Origin: an uncultured candidate division Zixibacteria bacterium
GTDB taxonomy: Bacteria > Zixibacteria > MSB-5A5 > GN15 > FEB-12
Assembly: GCA_963711085.1 (NCBI GenBank)
Contig: CAVQCT010000002.1
Coordinates: forward strand, 1,227,678 to 1,291,677
Reading direction: 5' to 3'
DNA length: 64,000 bases
Shown here piece after piece: positions 21,025-30,746 of the stretch. Under the pieces are notes generated by a model. The model saw only the letters and a list, made by a program, of their open reading frames with translations, ran no database searches and was not told the DNA's origin. The number at the start of each line of letters is the position of its first letter. Positions within the stretch are counted from its first letter, which is position 1. The position numbers and the translations under genes were made by a program.

Positions 21025-22084
21025 CATAGCTGCATTTTTGACACATTTGGCCGGGTCGGTGTGGACGATGCTCCTCGACTCGGCCGTTTATTTGTGTTCA
21101 GGTCTACTTCTCGCCGGTGTGATCCACCTTTTTCTCAATCGGGAGAAGATTGATAAGCTGCTGGTAAACGGAGGGAAAAGCGCTGTGCTCAAAGCTGCCC
21201 TTATCGGAATTCCCCTTCCGCTTTGTTCCTGCTCCGTTCTTCCGGTGGCCGACCAACTCCGAAAATCGGGTGTGGGACCGGGAGCGACGGCCGCATTCCT
21301 GATCGCCACTCCCGAGACCGGCGTGGATTCGATCCTCCTGACTTATTCGATGATGGATCCGATGATGACGGTGGCACGCCCGATTGCTGCTTTCGTCACC
21401 GCCCTTACGGCCGGGATGTTGATACCCGACAGCCGGTCGCTTGCCGCGACACCGGTCCCCGTTCAGGGGTGTGGATGTGACTCTTGCGGCTGTTCCGCTC
21501 CGGTGGCCAAGTCGGGAAGTAACTTGAAAGGGAAGCTGATATCGCTGGTTAAGTATTCGGTAAGTGATCTATTGGCCGACCTGGCTCCATATCTGCTTCT
21601 CGGGTATGTGCTGGCCGGTGCTGTCGCGGCACTTCTAGGAGGAAATGTCGGGGCAGTCCCGGAGATGCTTCGGTCCGGATGGCCCGCCTATTTCGGTGCG
21701 CTGTTGATCGGGCTCCCGCTTTATGTCTGCGCGACTTCTTCGACTCCACTGGCAGCCGTTCTGTGGGCGGCCGGATTCTCACCCGGAGCTCTGCTGGTGT
21801 TTCTCATGGTCGGTCCGGCCACGAATATAGCTTCGCTCACGGTGGTGACCAAGATCCTGAAGAAGGGCGCTTTGGCGACCTATTTGCTCACGATCGTAAC
21901 AGTATCGATTCTCTGCGGTGTAGCGCTGGATGCTCTCTACCGCCTGCTTCATATCTCGATTCACTTTAGTCCGGTCTCGGCCGGTGAATCAAGTTCGGCG
22001 TTGTCGATCATTGCGGCAATAGTCCTCTCGTTCGGAATCATCTACTACTCCCTGAAGAAGGCGTTTGCGCGCTTCCGGCGCTGA
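21014..22084 (+). CDS. Permease, DUF318/ArsP_1-like family
   Basis: 356-aa polytopic ORF with the hallmark PLCSCSVLP motif and a Cys-rich central loop (GCGCDSCGC). The start codon is uncertain. Confidence 0.7.
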   Translation: MVADIAAFLTHLAGSVWTMLLDSAVYLCSGLLLAGVIHLFLNREKIDKLLVNGGKSAVLKAALIGIPLPLCSCSVLPVADQLRKSGVGPGATAAFLIATPETGVDSILLTYSMMDPMMTVARPIAAFVTALTAGMLIPDSRSLAATPVPVQGCGCDSCGCSAPVAKSGSNLKGKLISLVKYSVSDLLADLAPYLLLGYVLAGAVAALLGGNVGAVPEMLRSGWPAYFGALLIGLPLYVCATSSTPLAAVLWAAGFSPGALLVFLMVGPATNIASLTVVTKILKKGALATYLLTIVTVSILCGVALDALYRLLHISIHFSPVSAGESSSALSIIAAIVLSFGIIYYSLKKAFARFRR

Positions 22085-22139
22085 ATTTTTCGGCCACAAA
22101 TTGACTTGCCTTTCTCTTCATTCTCAGTATCATATAAAC

Positions 22140-22850
22140 GTGGGCTGGCATGTCCTTGAAAATGAATGGGTGCGCGGATTTCTTGACCTGATGTTTCCGC
22201 CGTTGTGTCTCGGGTGTGGGGAGTATACCGAGGACGCCGACTTCGTATGTGAGATTTGCCGACAGAAAATCGAAGACTACGATCTGCCGTTCTGTCTCAA
22301 TTGCTCACGGCAGATACCGGAAGGAGTCCGGTGTGCCTTCTGCGGCGATGACACGCTCGCGTTGTTCGCGTACGGCAATTATACGCCGCCGCTCAAGGAC
22401 ATCATCATCCATTTCAAATTCAAGGGGATTACCGGTCCGGCCGCTATGATGGCCGGCCTGTTGGCTGGACGGTTCGAAGAAAAGATTCGTAAACTGGACT
22501 GCGAGCTGCTCATCCCGATTCCCTTATATCCGACCCGCGAGAATGTCCGCGGATACAATCAGGCAGAACTGTTCGCCAACGGCCTTGCAGAACGGCTAGG
22601 TCTTGAAGTTGCAACCGATGTCATTTCTAGAGTGAGGCGTCGGAAAGAACAGGCGAGACTCGATTTCAAGCATCGCAGCAGGAACATTCGAGGGGTATTT
22701 GAGCTCGATAAGCCAGGCGATGGAACTCAGTCGGTGATTCTGGTCGACGATGTCGTAACCAGCGGGCTGACGGTTATGGAAGCGAAACGGGTGCTGGAAA
22801 GAGGGGGGTATAAAGTAGTGGCTGTTTTGTCCATCGCGCATCATATTTAA
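22140..22850 (+). CDS. comF: ComF family protein (phosphoribosyltransferase domain)
   Basis: N-terminal Cys clusters (PPLCLGCG, CEICRQK, CLNC, CAFCG) and a C-terminal PRTase motif VILVDDVVTSGLT. GTG 22140 is chosen inside track ORF 22065..22850, so the start is uncertain. Confidence 0.7.
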   Translation: MGWHVLENEWVRGFLDLMFPPLCLGCGEYTEDADFVCEICRQKIEDYDLPFCLNCSRQIPEGVRCAFCGDDTLALFAYGNYTPPLKDIIIHFKFKGITGPAAMMAGLLAGRFEEKIRKLDCELLIPIPLYPTRENVRGYNQAELFANGLAERLGLEVATDVISRVRRRKEQARLDFKHRSRNIRGVFELDKPGDGTQSVILVDDVVTSGLTVMEAKRVLERGGYKVVAVLSIAHHI

Positions 22851-22852
22851 GC

Positions 22853-23770
22853 ATGAATCTTTCAGAACAGCTCCTCGCCGACTATCTGCAGCATCTCAAG
22901 CTGGAACAGGGATTGTCGCAGAATTCGATCTCGTCTTATGAACGAGATATAAAGGCGTTCCTTACGGCGGTCGGTAAGGTCAGTCCTACCAACATCACCC
23001 AGGCAGCCGTGACAGCCTATGTCGGGTCGCTTGCCAAAGCCGGTCGCAAGCCGTCGACGATCACCCGGAAGATTTCGTCCCTAAAGCAGTTCTTTAAGTA
23101 TCTCCTGGAAAATGGTGCAATTAAGGAAAGTCCGACGGCTTCATTTTCGGCTCCGCGGATTGTTCGCTACCATCCACATTATCTGAGTGTCAACGAGATC
23201 GAGCGGATTATCGGCGGAATTGAGACCGAATCGATGGCCGGTAAGCGGGACCGGGCGATCATAGAATTGCTCTATGGCTCGGGACTTCGAATCTCCGAGC
23301 TGATCGATCTGAAGATCTCGGATATCGAGATGGAGGCAGGCTTTATCAGGGTCACCGGCAAAGGGAGTAAGCAGCGGCTGGTCCCTCTTGGCGAGTACGC
23401 TCGTAAGGCGGTTGATGATTACTGGCTTGCGCGGGAGCAACAGAAACCGCCGGTGGTTTCTAATTCTGTCGTGATCAATAAGATAGGCAAGAAATTCTCG
23501 CGGGTTGGGCTGTGGAAGATTGTCCGGAAGATCGTCGCCAAGGCCGGTATTACCAAGAAGGTGACGCCGCACACTTTTCGCCATTCCTTCGCCACGCATA
23601 TGCTTGAGGGAGGGGCGGATCTTAGAATCGTGCAAGAAATGCTCGGACATGCCGATATATCTACAACACAGATATATACGACGATTGACCAGGATTACAT
23701 AGTTGCCGAGCACAAGAAGTACCATCCTCGAGAACTGGCCGGGTCCAAAAGACATCGAACTTCCTCGTAA
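22853..23770 (+). CDS. Tyrosine site-specific recombinase, XerC/XerD family
   Basis: 305-aa ORF with GLRISEL, GKGSKQRLVPLG, HTFRHSFATHML and LGHADISTTQIYT (the R-H-R-Y catalytic set). Confidence 0.85.
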   Translation: MNLSEQLLADYLQHLKLEQGLSQNSISSYERDIKAFLTAVGKVSPTNITQAAVTAYVGSLAKAGRKPSTITRKISSLKQFFKYLLENGAIKESPTASFSAPRIVRYHPHYLSVNEIERIIGGIETESMAGKRDRAIIELLYGSGLRISELIDLKISDIEMEAGFIRVTGKGSKQRLVPLGEYARKAVDDYWLAREQQKPPVVSNSVVINKIGKKFSRVGLWKIVRKIVAKAGITKKVTPHTFRHSFATHMLEGGADLRIVQEMLGHADISTTQIYTTIDQDYIVAEHKKYHPRELAGSKRHRTSS

Positions 23771-23774
23771 GCCG

Positions 23775-24701
23775 GTGTACCACTTTGCTATCAAGCAAAG
23801 TGGGTTGAACCTGGATTTCCACGTTTCACAATTCTTCAAGTCTACTGCTATCTCCGTCCACCTGTTCGATACCTTTGAGCAGCTGATTACCACCTGCCAG
23901 CGGTTCCCGGTCGACGTTATCATGATCGCCGGAAAAGGGAGTTTCATCAAAGAAGTTGAATTGGTCAGATCGATCAAAGAGAACGTTTTCATGTCGATCA
24001 TCCCGATCATTTTGTTCCACGCCGAGCCGGACGAAAACGTGGTGATTGCGGCCTATCAGAAAGGGGCTGAGGATTTCATCTATGGTGATTGGAGGGAGAA
24101 GCTGGTCGAAGTACGAATCCGGCGTGTAATCGAGCGGAGCCGCCGTGACCTGTCAATCAATCCCTCAACGCATCTCCCCGGACCGAACATCATTGAGAGT
24201 GAAATCATGCGACAGATCGATATGGGCTCGCAGATCGCCGTGTGCTATGCCGATCTCGACAATTTCAAAGCATTCAACGATTACTACGGCTATTACTACG
24301 GCGACAAGATCATTCGTCTGACCTCCCGTGTGATCAAGGATGTCGTCTTTGACCTCTGTCGCGAAGGATTCGTCGGGCATATCGCCGGTGACGATTTCAT
24401 CTATATCATTCCGCCCGACGATGTCGACCGGATCTGCGGCAAGGTGCTGGAGACTTTCGATCGGCTGATTCCCTATCAATATATGGAAGAGGACCGGGAG
24501 CGCGGATTCATCCAGACCGTAAATCGTCGAGGAGTTCAGGAGAAGTTTCCTCTGCTCACGATGTCGATCGCCGTTATCATCAACGATAACGGCAAGTTCA
24601 GTCATATCGGGGAGATGTCGAAAATGCTGGCCGACCTCAAGAAAGCGGTCAAGGCCAAGGACGGTTCCAACTACCTGGTGGAGCGTCGCCGCAAATACTA
24701 A
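23775..24701 (+). CDS. Pseudo-receiver domain fused to a GGDEF-like domain with degenerate AGDDF signature
   Basis: REC-like N-half in which the acceptor position reads VDVIMIAG (Ala instead of Asp). The C-half has DLDNFKAFNDYYGYYYGD and GHIAGDDFIYI in place of RxGGDEF. GTG 23775 lies just after the Xer stop; the track ORF begins at 23703 inside the Xer gene. Confidence 0.65.
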   Translation: MYHFAIKQSGLNLDFHVSQFFKSTAISVHLFDTFEQLITTCQRFPVDVIMIAGKGSFIKEVELVRSIKENVFMSIIPIILFHAEPDENVVIAAYQKGAEDFIYGDWREKLVEVRIRRVIERSRRDLSINPSTHLPGPNIIESEIMRQIDMGSQIAVCYADLDNFKAFNDYYGYYYGDKIIRLTSRVIKDVVFDLCREGFVGHIAGDDFIYIIPPDDVDRICGKVLETFDRLIPYQYMEEDRERGFIQTVNRRGVQEKFPLLTMSIAVIINDNGKFSHIGEMSKMLADLKKAVKAKDGSNYLVERRRKY

Positions 24702-26860
24702 TCTTTCTTCTCGGCGAGCAGCTTCTTCATATCGATCGCCGGCTGATAAGTCGGATCCCCCTTCAGACAGATATCCAGATACTTGTTCAGCGAATCTTTC
24801 GGGTAGCCATTCATGTAGTAGCCCAGGGCCAGGCCGTAATAAGCCTGTGACAATGTTTCGTCGCGCTTGGTGGCGCGGAACATCATCATGATCATCGCGT
24901 CATAATTCTTCCGCTTGAAGTAGGTCAACCCCCAGTTGAAATAGTCGGTACCGTCGAGATCATGGAGATGACGCGCCCGTGCGAAGAGTGAATCGGCCAG
25001 CGGGAAGTTCTCCTGCTTGATGTAAAAATTGGCGCCGGACACGATCGCATCGAAATTCTGCGGCCCCGTCGCGAACGCCTCGTTATACTCGGCGACCGCC
25101 GAGTCCGGTATCCCCTTCTTGTCGAATGCGTCGGCCAGATTCGCATGTATCTGTGACAGTTCGTTCGGCCGGGCAGCATCTTCTTTGTATGCCGAAATTG
25201 CGCGTCTGAACAAACTGATAGCCGAATCGGGTGCGTTCTTTTTCAGCATAAGCAGGCCGAGATTGTTATACGGCGCGGAGTAACCAGGTTTCAGCGCAAT
25301 TGCTCTCAGGTAGTTGTCGGCCGCCAGCTCGTACTTTCCGTTCCGGAACTGGGTGTACCCCAGATTATTGAGCAAGGTCGGCGATGAGGGAAATATATCG
25401 TCGGCCAGCTGGTATTCCTGTTCGGCCCGGACCAGGTCGCCGAGTTGTTCGTATTTGATTCCATTGTTGAAGTGCACCTGAAAACCGCTCGACTCTCCTT
25501 CGTCGTAATAAGTCATATTCAGGAACACCAACGGGATGGCAAAGAGGAGAGTCGCCATGGCAACCGATTTCGTTCTGACCGATCCGCTGAAAAGTTTCAC
25601 CACTCCAGCCGCCGAAAGCATGATCATGAATGGGACCAGCGGGAGTCGGTGTCGAGCGGTGACGAGGAACAGGACGATCGACGGTATGTACGCGACAAGG
25701 TAGATGTAGATCGGGAGAATTGATTTGAAGCGCTCACGAGTCAGATAGATTCCTGCAATCGTCAGCGGCAGGAGAAGACCGTAGGGGAAGTAGATCAACT
25801 TGTGCCAGACCAGCACGGAGAAGAGTGAAGATCGGTTGCGCTGATAATAGATATCGGCGTTGTCGCTGTTTTCGAAGCCATCCAACAGATAGACGGTCTT
25901 GCGCCAAATGAGATCGAGGAACTTGCCGGGATTGTGCACAATGAACTTCACCGCTTTGGTTGACCAGAACGAAGACTCCTGGGCATCCGACAGCGGGTGC
26001 ATCGCCTCGCGCTCGGCCGCCGCCCGGGTAACTTCGCCGAACTGGTCCCAGCTCACCGCTTCGTTAAGCTGCACCTCCGGCATGAGCATGGTCAAACCAT
26101 CGGCATCCGGATTGTTCCCCAGGTAGAGGTTGATCCCCCCCTGCGAGGAGATCAGGATGTAATCCCCGGTGACGATCTTATTGCGTATAGTGACCGGCAG
26201 TACGGTCAGCACAACTCCCAGAAGCAAAATCAGCGGCCTCCGGCTGCGTGAGAGTAATCCTGTGGTTAAATTCGACGAGAAGTACATCCAGAGCATGAGG
26301 AATGGAACGGTAAGAAGAATATTCGGCCGAGCCAGAGCGGCCAATCCCAGAACGATACCGGTGATCAAAGGGACATACCACTCCTGACGGTCTTGGTGCA
26401 CCAGCAACCGATAGATCCCCCAGACAACGAGGAAGAGGAATATCGCCGGAATCAGGAACATCGCCTCGTAAAACACCAGCGTTCCATAGAAGGCGTAAAT
26501 GAACCCGGCGACAATTGCTGTCTTCCGGTTAAACAGATGCTCCGAAAGCCGGTACAGGAAGACCGCCGTGCCTCCGCACAGGAGTACCTGAAGGATCTTG
26601 CTCCACAGGATCGAGCTATTAGTGATGAGGGCGAGGGCGGCGAGGAAATACGGGTAAAGCGGAGCCCGAAAATATGACCCCTCCCCCCAGAACGACTTGT
26701 GCAGAATATCCTGGGCCCAGAGCCAGTGCCATTTTTCGTCGACCATCGGGACCTGGAAGCCGGGATCACGACTGATCTGCCAGAGGTAGATGACCCGAAC
26801 GGCAATCGCCACGACCGCCACAACCAGGGGCCAACGGTATTTTTTGAGAAACTCTGTCAT
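24698..26860 (-). CDS. GT-C (GT39/ArnT/PMT_2-like) glycosyltransferase fused to C-terminal TPR repeats
   Basis: 720-aa ORF with ~11 TM segments. The first-loop MVDEKWH (DE) motif is typical of GT39/ArnT-like enzymes, and the C-terminal ~250 aa are TPR-like. Confidence 0.75.
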   Translation of the reverse strand: MTEFLKKYRWPLVVAVVAIAVRVIYLWQISRDPGFQVPMVDEKWHWLWAQDILHKSFWGEGSYFRAPLYPYFLAALALITNSSILWSKILQVLLCGGTAVFLYRLSEHLFNRKTAIVAGFIYAFYGTLVFYEAMFLIPAIFLFLVVWGIYRLLVHQDRQEWYVPLITGIVLGLAALARPNILLTVPFLMLWMYFSSNLTTGLLSRSRRPLILLLGVVLTVLPVTIRNKIVTGDYILISSQGGINLYLGNNPDADGLTMLMPEVQLNEAVSWDQFGEVTRAAAEREAMHPLSDAQESSFWSTKAVKFIVHNPGKFLDLIWRKTVYLLDGFENSDNADIYYQRNRSSLFSVLVWHKLIYFPYGLLLPLTIAGIYLTRERFKSILPIYIYLVAYIPSIVLFLVTARHRLPLVPFMIMLSAAGVVKLFSGSVRTKSVAMATLLFAIPLVFLNMTYYDEGESSGFQVHFNNGIKYEQLGDLVRAEQEYQLADDIFPSSPTLLNNLGYTQFRNGKYELAADNYLRAIALKPGYSAPYNNLGLLMLKKNAPDSAISLFRRAISAYKEDAARPNELSQIHANLADAFDKKGIPDSAVAEYNEAFATGPQNFDAIVSGANFYIKQENFPLADSLFARARHLHDLDGTDYFNWGLTYFKRKNYDAMIMMMFRATKRDETLSQAYYGLALGYYMNGYPKDSLNKYLDICLKGDPTYQPAIDMKKLLAEKKD

Positions 26861-26976
26861 GTACGGATATTAGCTTTTCTGTTATACACGGGTAGCCTGA
26901 AAGTAGACAAGATGGAGAGGTGGGGCAAGAAATAAATCGGCTGGGGAGGGGTGGTCAACCCCTCCTCCGTTGAAAT

Positions 26977-28617
26977 TTAGTCGATCAGTCGCGTCTCCGG
27001 AACTTCGTTGACTTTCGTCTTGACCTTGAATTGAGAGGGACGCGATTGGAGAACCTCGCGCAGCCAGCTTTCCGGATAGCCGACCTCCTGCGGACGGCCC
27101 AGGGAGTCCTGCACGTAGCCGTCGTTATACTTGGTGAACAGATACTCGGCAAGGTCCTTCCAACGCGAAGCTACCATGTCTCCTTTGGAGACCGAGTAGT
27201 CAGTCAGGAATTGGGTCATCATCGATGGATCAGACTTGGCAAGCTGCAGGGCCGTCTTCTCGATCTGCGGCTGCATCGCCAGGAACTGGCCTTCAAGCTC
27301 CTGCTGGACGTTGACGATTTCCGGAACCATGTATGAGTACTTCAGCTCTGCATAGTTGGCCACGATGTTGAATACCCACCAGGCGGACTCCCAGGAGAAT
27401 TTGTTGAGGCTGCCGACCGTGTACGGTTGGGGGATGCTGTCGATGCCGCAGTAAAGCGGGAAATAGCAGCTCGTGTACGTATTGTCTTCGCCCCACCAGA
27501 GGACTCCTCCGATCGGATCGGGCAGCCAGCTCCGCGATTGAGACACGAACGAAAAGGCGGTCTGCTGCGTGGAGATCGGACGCTCCCACATGTAGTCGAC
27601 CGAATCGACTGTCCAGTTCATCGGCCGCCAGCGCTCGGGTGAACCGAACGGACCGGCATCGACTCCCTTGGTCATGTCAAACGGCGTCCCTTCGTAATGA
27701 TCCCGCATGAGCGAAAAGACGTCTTTCACCGAGATTTTTTTGTCCGGTTTGATCCAGAGCGGATAGGGTTGGGCACCGTCCTCGGCCCGGGTATAGTCGG
27801 GGGAGAGGTTCATCGAGGGAGCGGCGCGGCGGAACAGGCTCCAGACGCGGCTGTCGGCGTACCGCTGGTTGCGGGGAGTAGCCGGACAGTAAGCATCACA
27901 AAACCGAAACGGCTGTCCGGACTCAGGATCGTAATACCCTTGCTCGACCGCGAACGAGACGACGTTTTTGGAATAGATGCAATTGTCTGGGTCGTTGAGG
28001 GGGAACTCCCCGATTCGCGCCTTATTGGCGTGAGCCGAAATGTAGCCATCGGGAACTCTGACGGCTACCCACTCGGCGCCATGACCGTCCGGTCCCGGGC
28101 CGATGATTTCAAGGATCCAGGCCTCGTTCGGATCGGCGATCGAAATCGATTCACCGGTCGAGCGATAGCCGTACTGGTCAACGAGGGTTGTCATCACCTT
28201 GATAGCTTCTCTGGCCGTGGCCGCTCGCTGAAGCGCAAGGCGCATCAGATCAAAATAGTGGAATAATCCCGATGGATTCCGAAGCTCTATGCGGCCATCG
28301 AAAGTCGTCTCACTTATCGCCAGTTGCTTTTCGTTGATGTAATCGACAACGGCGTAAGTGTGCGGAACCTGGGGAATCGTGCCGCGGACTTTGCCACTCC
28401 AGTCGGTGATCTGAAGCGAGTCTCCCGGCATATAGTCGGCAGCCGGCAAACGCTCCATGTGGGGATGAAACTCCCCGTCGCAGGTGTAGGTGATCATCAC
28501 CGAGCCATCGGCCGATGCACCCTTGGTCACGAGAAGATTGGTGCAGGCAAAAGACAGTCCGACACTTATAATAACTGCCAGTGATGCCATGCTTATCGAT
28601 TTCACGAAATTGTACAT
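26977..28617 (-). CDS. C69 family dipeptidase (secreted)
   Basis: 546-aa ORF. The signal peptide ends in ...SFAC-TNLLVTKGASADGSV, the N-terminal nucleophile Cys context of peptidase C69. Confidence 0.8.
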   Translation of the reverse strand: MYNFVKSISMASLAVIISVGLSFACTNLLVTKGASADGSVMITYTCDGEFHPHMERLPAADYMPGDSLQITDWSGKVRGTIPQVPHTYAVVDYINEKQLAISETTFDGRIELRNPSGLFHYFDLMRLALQRAATAREAIKVMTTLVDQYGYRSTGESISIADPNEAWILEIIGPGPDGHGAEWVAVRVPDGYISAHANKARIGEFPLNDPDNCIYSKNVVSFAVEQGYYDPESGQPFRFCDAYCPATPRNQRYADSRVWSLFRRAAPSMNLSPDYTRAEDGAQPYPLWIKPDKKISVKDVFSLMRDHYEGTPFDMTKGVDAGPFGSPERWRPMNWTVDSVDYMWERPISTQQTAFSFVSQSRSWLPDPIGGVLWWGEDNTYTSCYFPLYCGIDSIPQPYTVGSLNKFSWESAWWVFNIVANYAELKYSYMVPEIVNVQQELEGQFLAMQPQIEKTALQLAKSDPSMMTQFLTDYSVSKGDMVASRWKDLAEYLFTKYNDGYVQDSLGRPQEVGYPESWLREVLQSRPSQFKVKTKVNEVPETRLID

Positions 28618-28819
28618 TGTAATACCCTCACGTTACGTTCAGGTACAATTAAATGGCTGGATTTTCGAGTGACAACGAAAAAACGGACTTTCGGTCGCGT
28701 CCGGTGTATTAATCTGACCGAATGGCTAAACTGTCTTATTGGGAATATCGTTACTAATTAGAACCTCCCGAATTCCACCGCATGGAGGTTCATAAGATCG
28801 ATAACAAGGAGGAACCGTT

Positions 28820-29728
28820 TTGAAGCCTCGGATTCTATTCGGAAGTCTGACGATTTTTGCAATCGCCCTGGCGGTGTCGCCTCGCCCTGCAATTGCCGGT
28901 TCGCCGGAAATATCCCCTCATTGGACCGACAAGCCTATCTATATCGATGGGAATATCGATGATTGGAGCGGTCTTCCGACCACCTTCCTCGAAGATCAGG
29001 GGGCGGTTATCGGTTTGGCCAACGATAGTGAGAACCTGTATGTTCAGGTCCGTTTTCGCGACGCGATCTGGGCCCGCGCGATTCATCGCAGCGGGTTGAC
29101 CCTGTATCTGGACGCCGATGGCGGCAAGAACAAAAATATCGGGCTAAAATTCGTCGGCGGCCCGACTTTCGCTGAGATCAGAGAAGCTTCGCCCGGTCGG
29201 GATTCATCGGATGGGCAGAGATGGCAGGGTGAGGGACGCTCTCCGCGCGAAGGGATGAACCAGGACAGAATGCGCGGACGCGATGACACCCTGTTCTCCT
29301 ATTTCGATAAAAAGGGACTGATCGACGCCACCATCAATATCGACGGAGCAAATGGCCCAAAAGTTGCTTGGGGGATCGATCATGGTTTTTATGTCTATGA
29401 GTTCAGTATTCCTCTGGCCCAGAGCAAAGTCCGAGACTACGGCCTCGGTCTGGAGCCGGGCAAGAAAATCGGTTTCGGCGCCGAATGGGGCGGACGACCC
29501 GAAGGGATGGGCGGACCCGATGGAGGTGGACCGCGTCTCAGCGGCGGCTTCCCCGGAGGTGGCGGCGGCATGATGGGTGGGGGAGACGGTGACAATGACG
29601 GAGGGATGGAACGCGGTGGCGGCATGCGCGGCGAACGCCCCGGCGGCGAACAGATGCGCAAAGCGATGACAAAGCAGGAATTCTGGACGAAAACTAAACT
29701 CGCCGTCATGAACAAAGAAATGAAATAA
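28820..29728 (+). CDS. Secreted protein: CBM9/DOMON-like N-domain plus Gly/Met/Arg-rich C-terminal tail
   Basis: TTG start after AAGGAGG, then a signal peptide. HWTDKPIYIDGNIDDWSG...NLYVQVRF resembles CBM9/DOMON-type domains. The tail reads GGFPGGGGGMMGGGDGDNDGGMERGGGMRGERPGG. Confidence 0.5.
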   Translation: MKPRILFGSLTIFAIALAVSPRPAIAGSPEISPHWTDKPIYIDGNIDDWSGLPTTFLEDQGAVIGLANDSENLYVQVRFRDAIWARAIHRSGLTLYLDADGGKNKNIGLKFVGGPTFAEIREASPGRDSSDGQRWQGEGRSPREGMNQDRMRGRDDTLFSYFDKKGLIDATINIDGANGPKVAWGIDHGFYVYEFSIPLAQSKVRDYGLGLEPGKKIGFGAEWGGRPEGMGGPDGGGPRLSGGFPGGGGGMMGGGDGDNDGGMERGGGMRGERPGGEQMRKAMTKQEFWTKTKLAVMNKEMK

Positions 29729-29741
29729 TCACGGAAATGAA

Positions 29742-29778
29742 AGAGCCGGACGACTTCCTGTTCGCCCGGCTCTTTTGT
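29742..29778. terminator. Hairpin terminator between convergent genes
   Basis: AGAGCCGG (29742..29749) pairs with CCGGCTCT (29766..29773). An upstream A-tract and downstream TTTTG suggest it may act bidirectionally. Confidence 0.5.
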
Positions 29779-29801
29779 TCAGATTCGAATTCTCGTTCTG
29801 A

Positions 29802-30599
29802 CTACATCGAACCGTTCACCAGACTTTTCAGTTTATCGACAATGTCCGAAGGCTCAGCCCGGGCTCTATAGTCGGCGCTGAGAAAAGCATACTTCACTGT
29901 TCCAGTTGTGTCGACTATATAGCTGACCGCCAGCGGAAGCTGGGTGGAATCTGAGCCGTTATAGCTGGCCAGATCGAGGTGACCGCGGAACTGGTCAAGG
30001 ACTTCTGAGGGAAGAGTATAGACAATGCGATATTCCGAAGCTGCCTTGTTTCCCACATCGCTGAGGACAGAAAAATTCAACGTGTCTTTCATGACGGTGG
30101 CAATCGAACTGTCGGGAAGCTGCGGACTGATCGCAACGAGAGTCGCCCCGAGCCGCTTGATCTCCGGGGCTACCTTGGTCATCGCCCGTAACTGAAGATT
30201 GCAGTATGGACACCAGCCTCCCCGGTACCAGATGATGACGACCGGGCCTGATTTGAGAAGATCGGACAATTGGACGGTGTCTCCGTGGATATCGGGCAAC
30301 CTGAAATCGGGGGCCTTTTCTCCTTCGTGAATTGCCCGTTCAAGAATTCCCGACTCCTTGAGTTCCTGAACACCTTTTTCGAAGGCATCAACCTGTGACT
30401 GCGGTGCCCGCTTAAGCCAGGCCTCTTTCTTGCTGTCGAGCTGAGCGCTGAGCGTGGGAGCTTCGCTTTCCATCATTTCCTTCTGCGCCGCCTGGTCAGA
30501 GTCCTTCTTCTTGGAGCACCCGGCAAGAAGCAGAAGACTAATCGCGAGAGCAGAAGACGCGGCCGTCAACGCGAATCGCATTCGGAATCTTTTTCGCAT
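29802..30599 (-). CDS. Peroxiredoxin-like (AhpC/TSA, PRX-like2) thioredoxin-fold lipoprotein
   Basis: Lipobox LLLLAGCSKK and the redox motif WYRGGWCPYC. Confidence 0.75.
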   Translation of the reverse strand: MRKRFRMRFALTAASSALAISLLLLAGCSKKKDSDQAAQKEMMESEAPTLSAQLDSKKEAWLKRAPQSQVDAFEKGVQELKESGILERAIHEGEKAPDFRLPDIHGDTVQLSDLLKSGPVVIIWYRGGWCPYCNLQLRAMTKVAPEIKRLGATLVAISPQLPDSSIATVMKDTLNFSVLSDVGNKAASEYRIVYTLPSEVLDQFRGHLDLASYNGSDSTQLPLAVSYIVDTTGTVKYAFLSADYRARAEPSDIVDKLKSLVNGSM

Positions 30600-30746
30600 A
30601 CCCTATTTCCCTTCGTAAGTCTGTTCCAGTCTATAGCTTTGTTCTCAAAACAGCCCGGCCGGACCAGAGTTCCTGGCCCGCGCTCAAAATGAAAGACCGG
30701 CTCGGTAAGAGCCGGTCAATTATTTCAATGAGATTGGAATGCGAAA

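Noticed and set aside
24698-24701. Convergent genes (GGDEF-like and GT39-TPR) with stop codons overlapping by a few nt.
   Set aside because: It is real in the sequence but a common consequence of compact genomes, and there is no additional structure to interpret.
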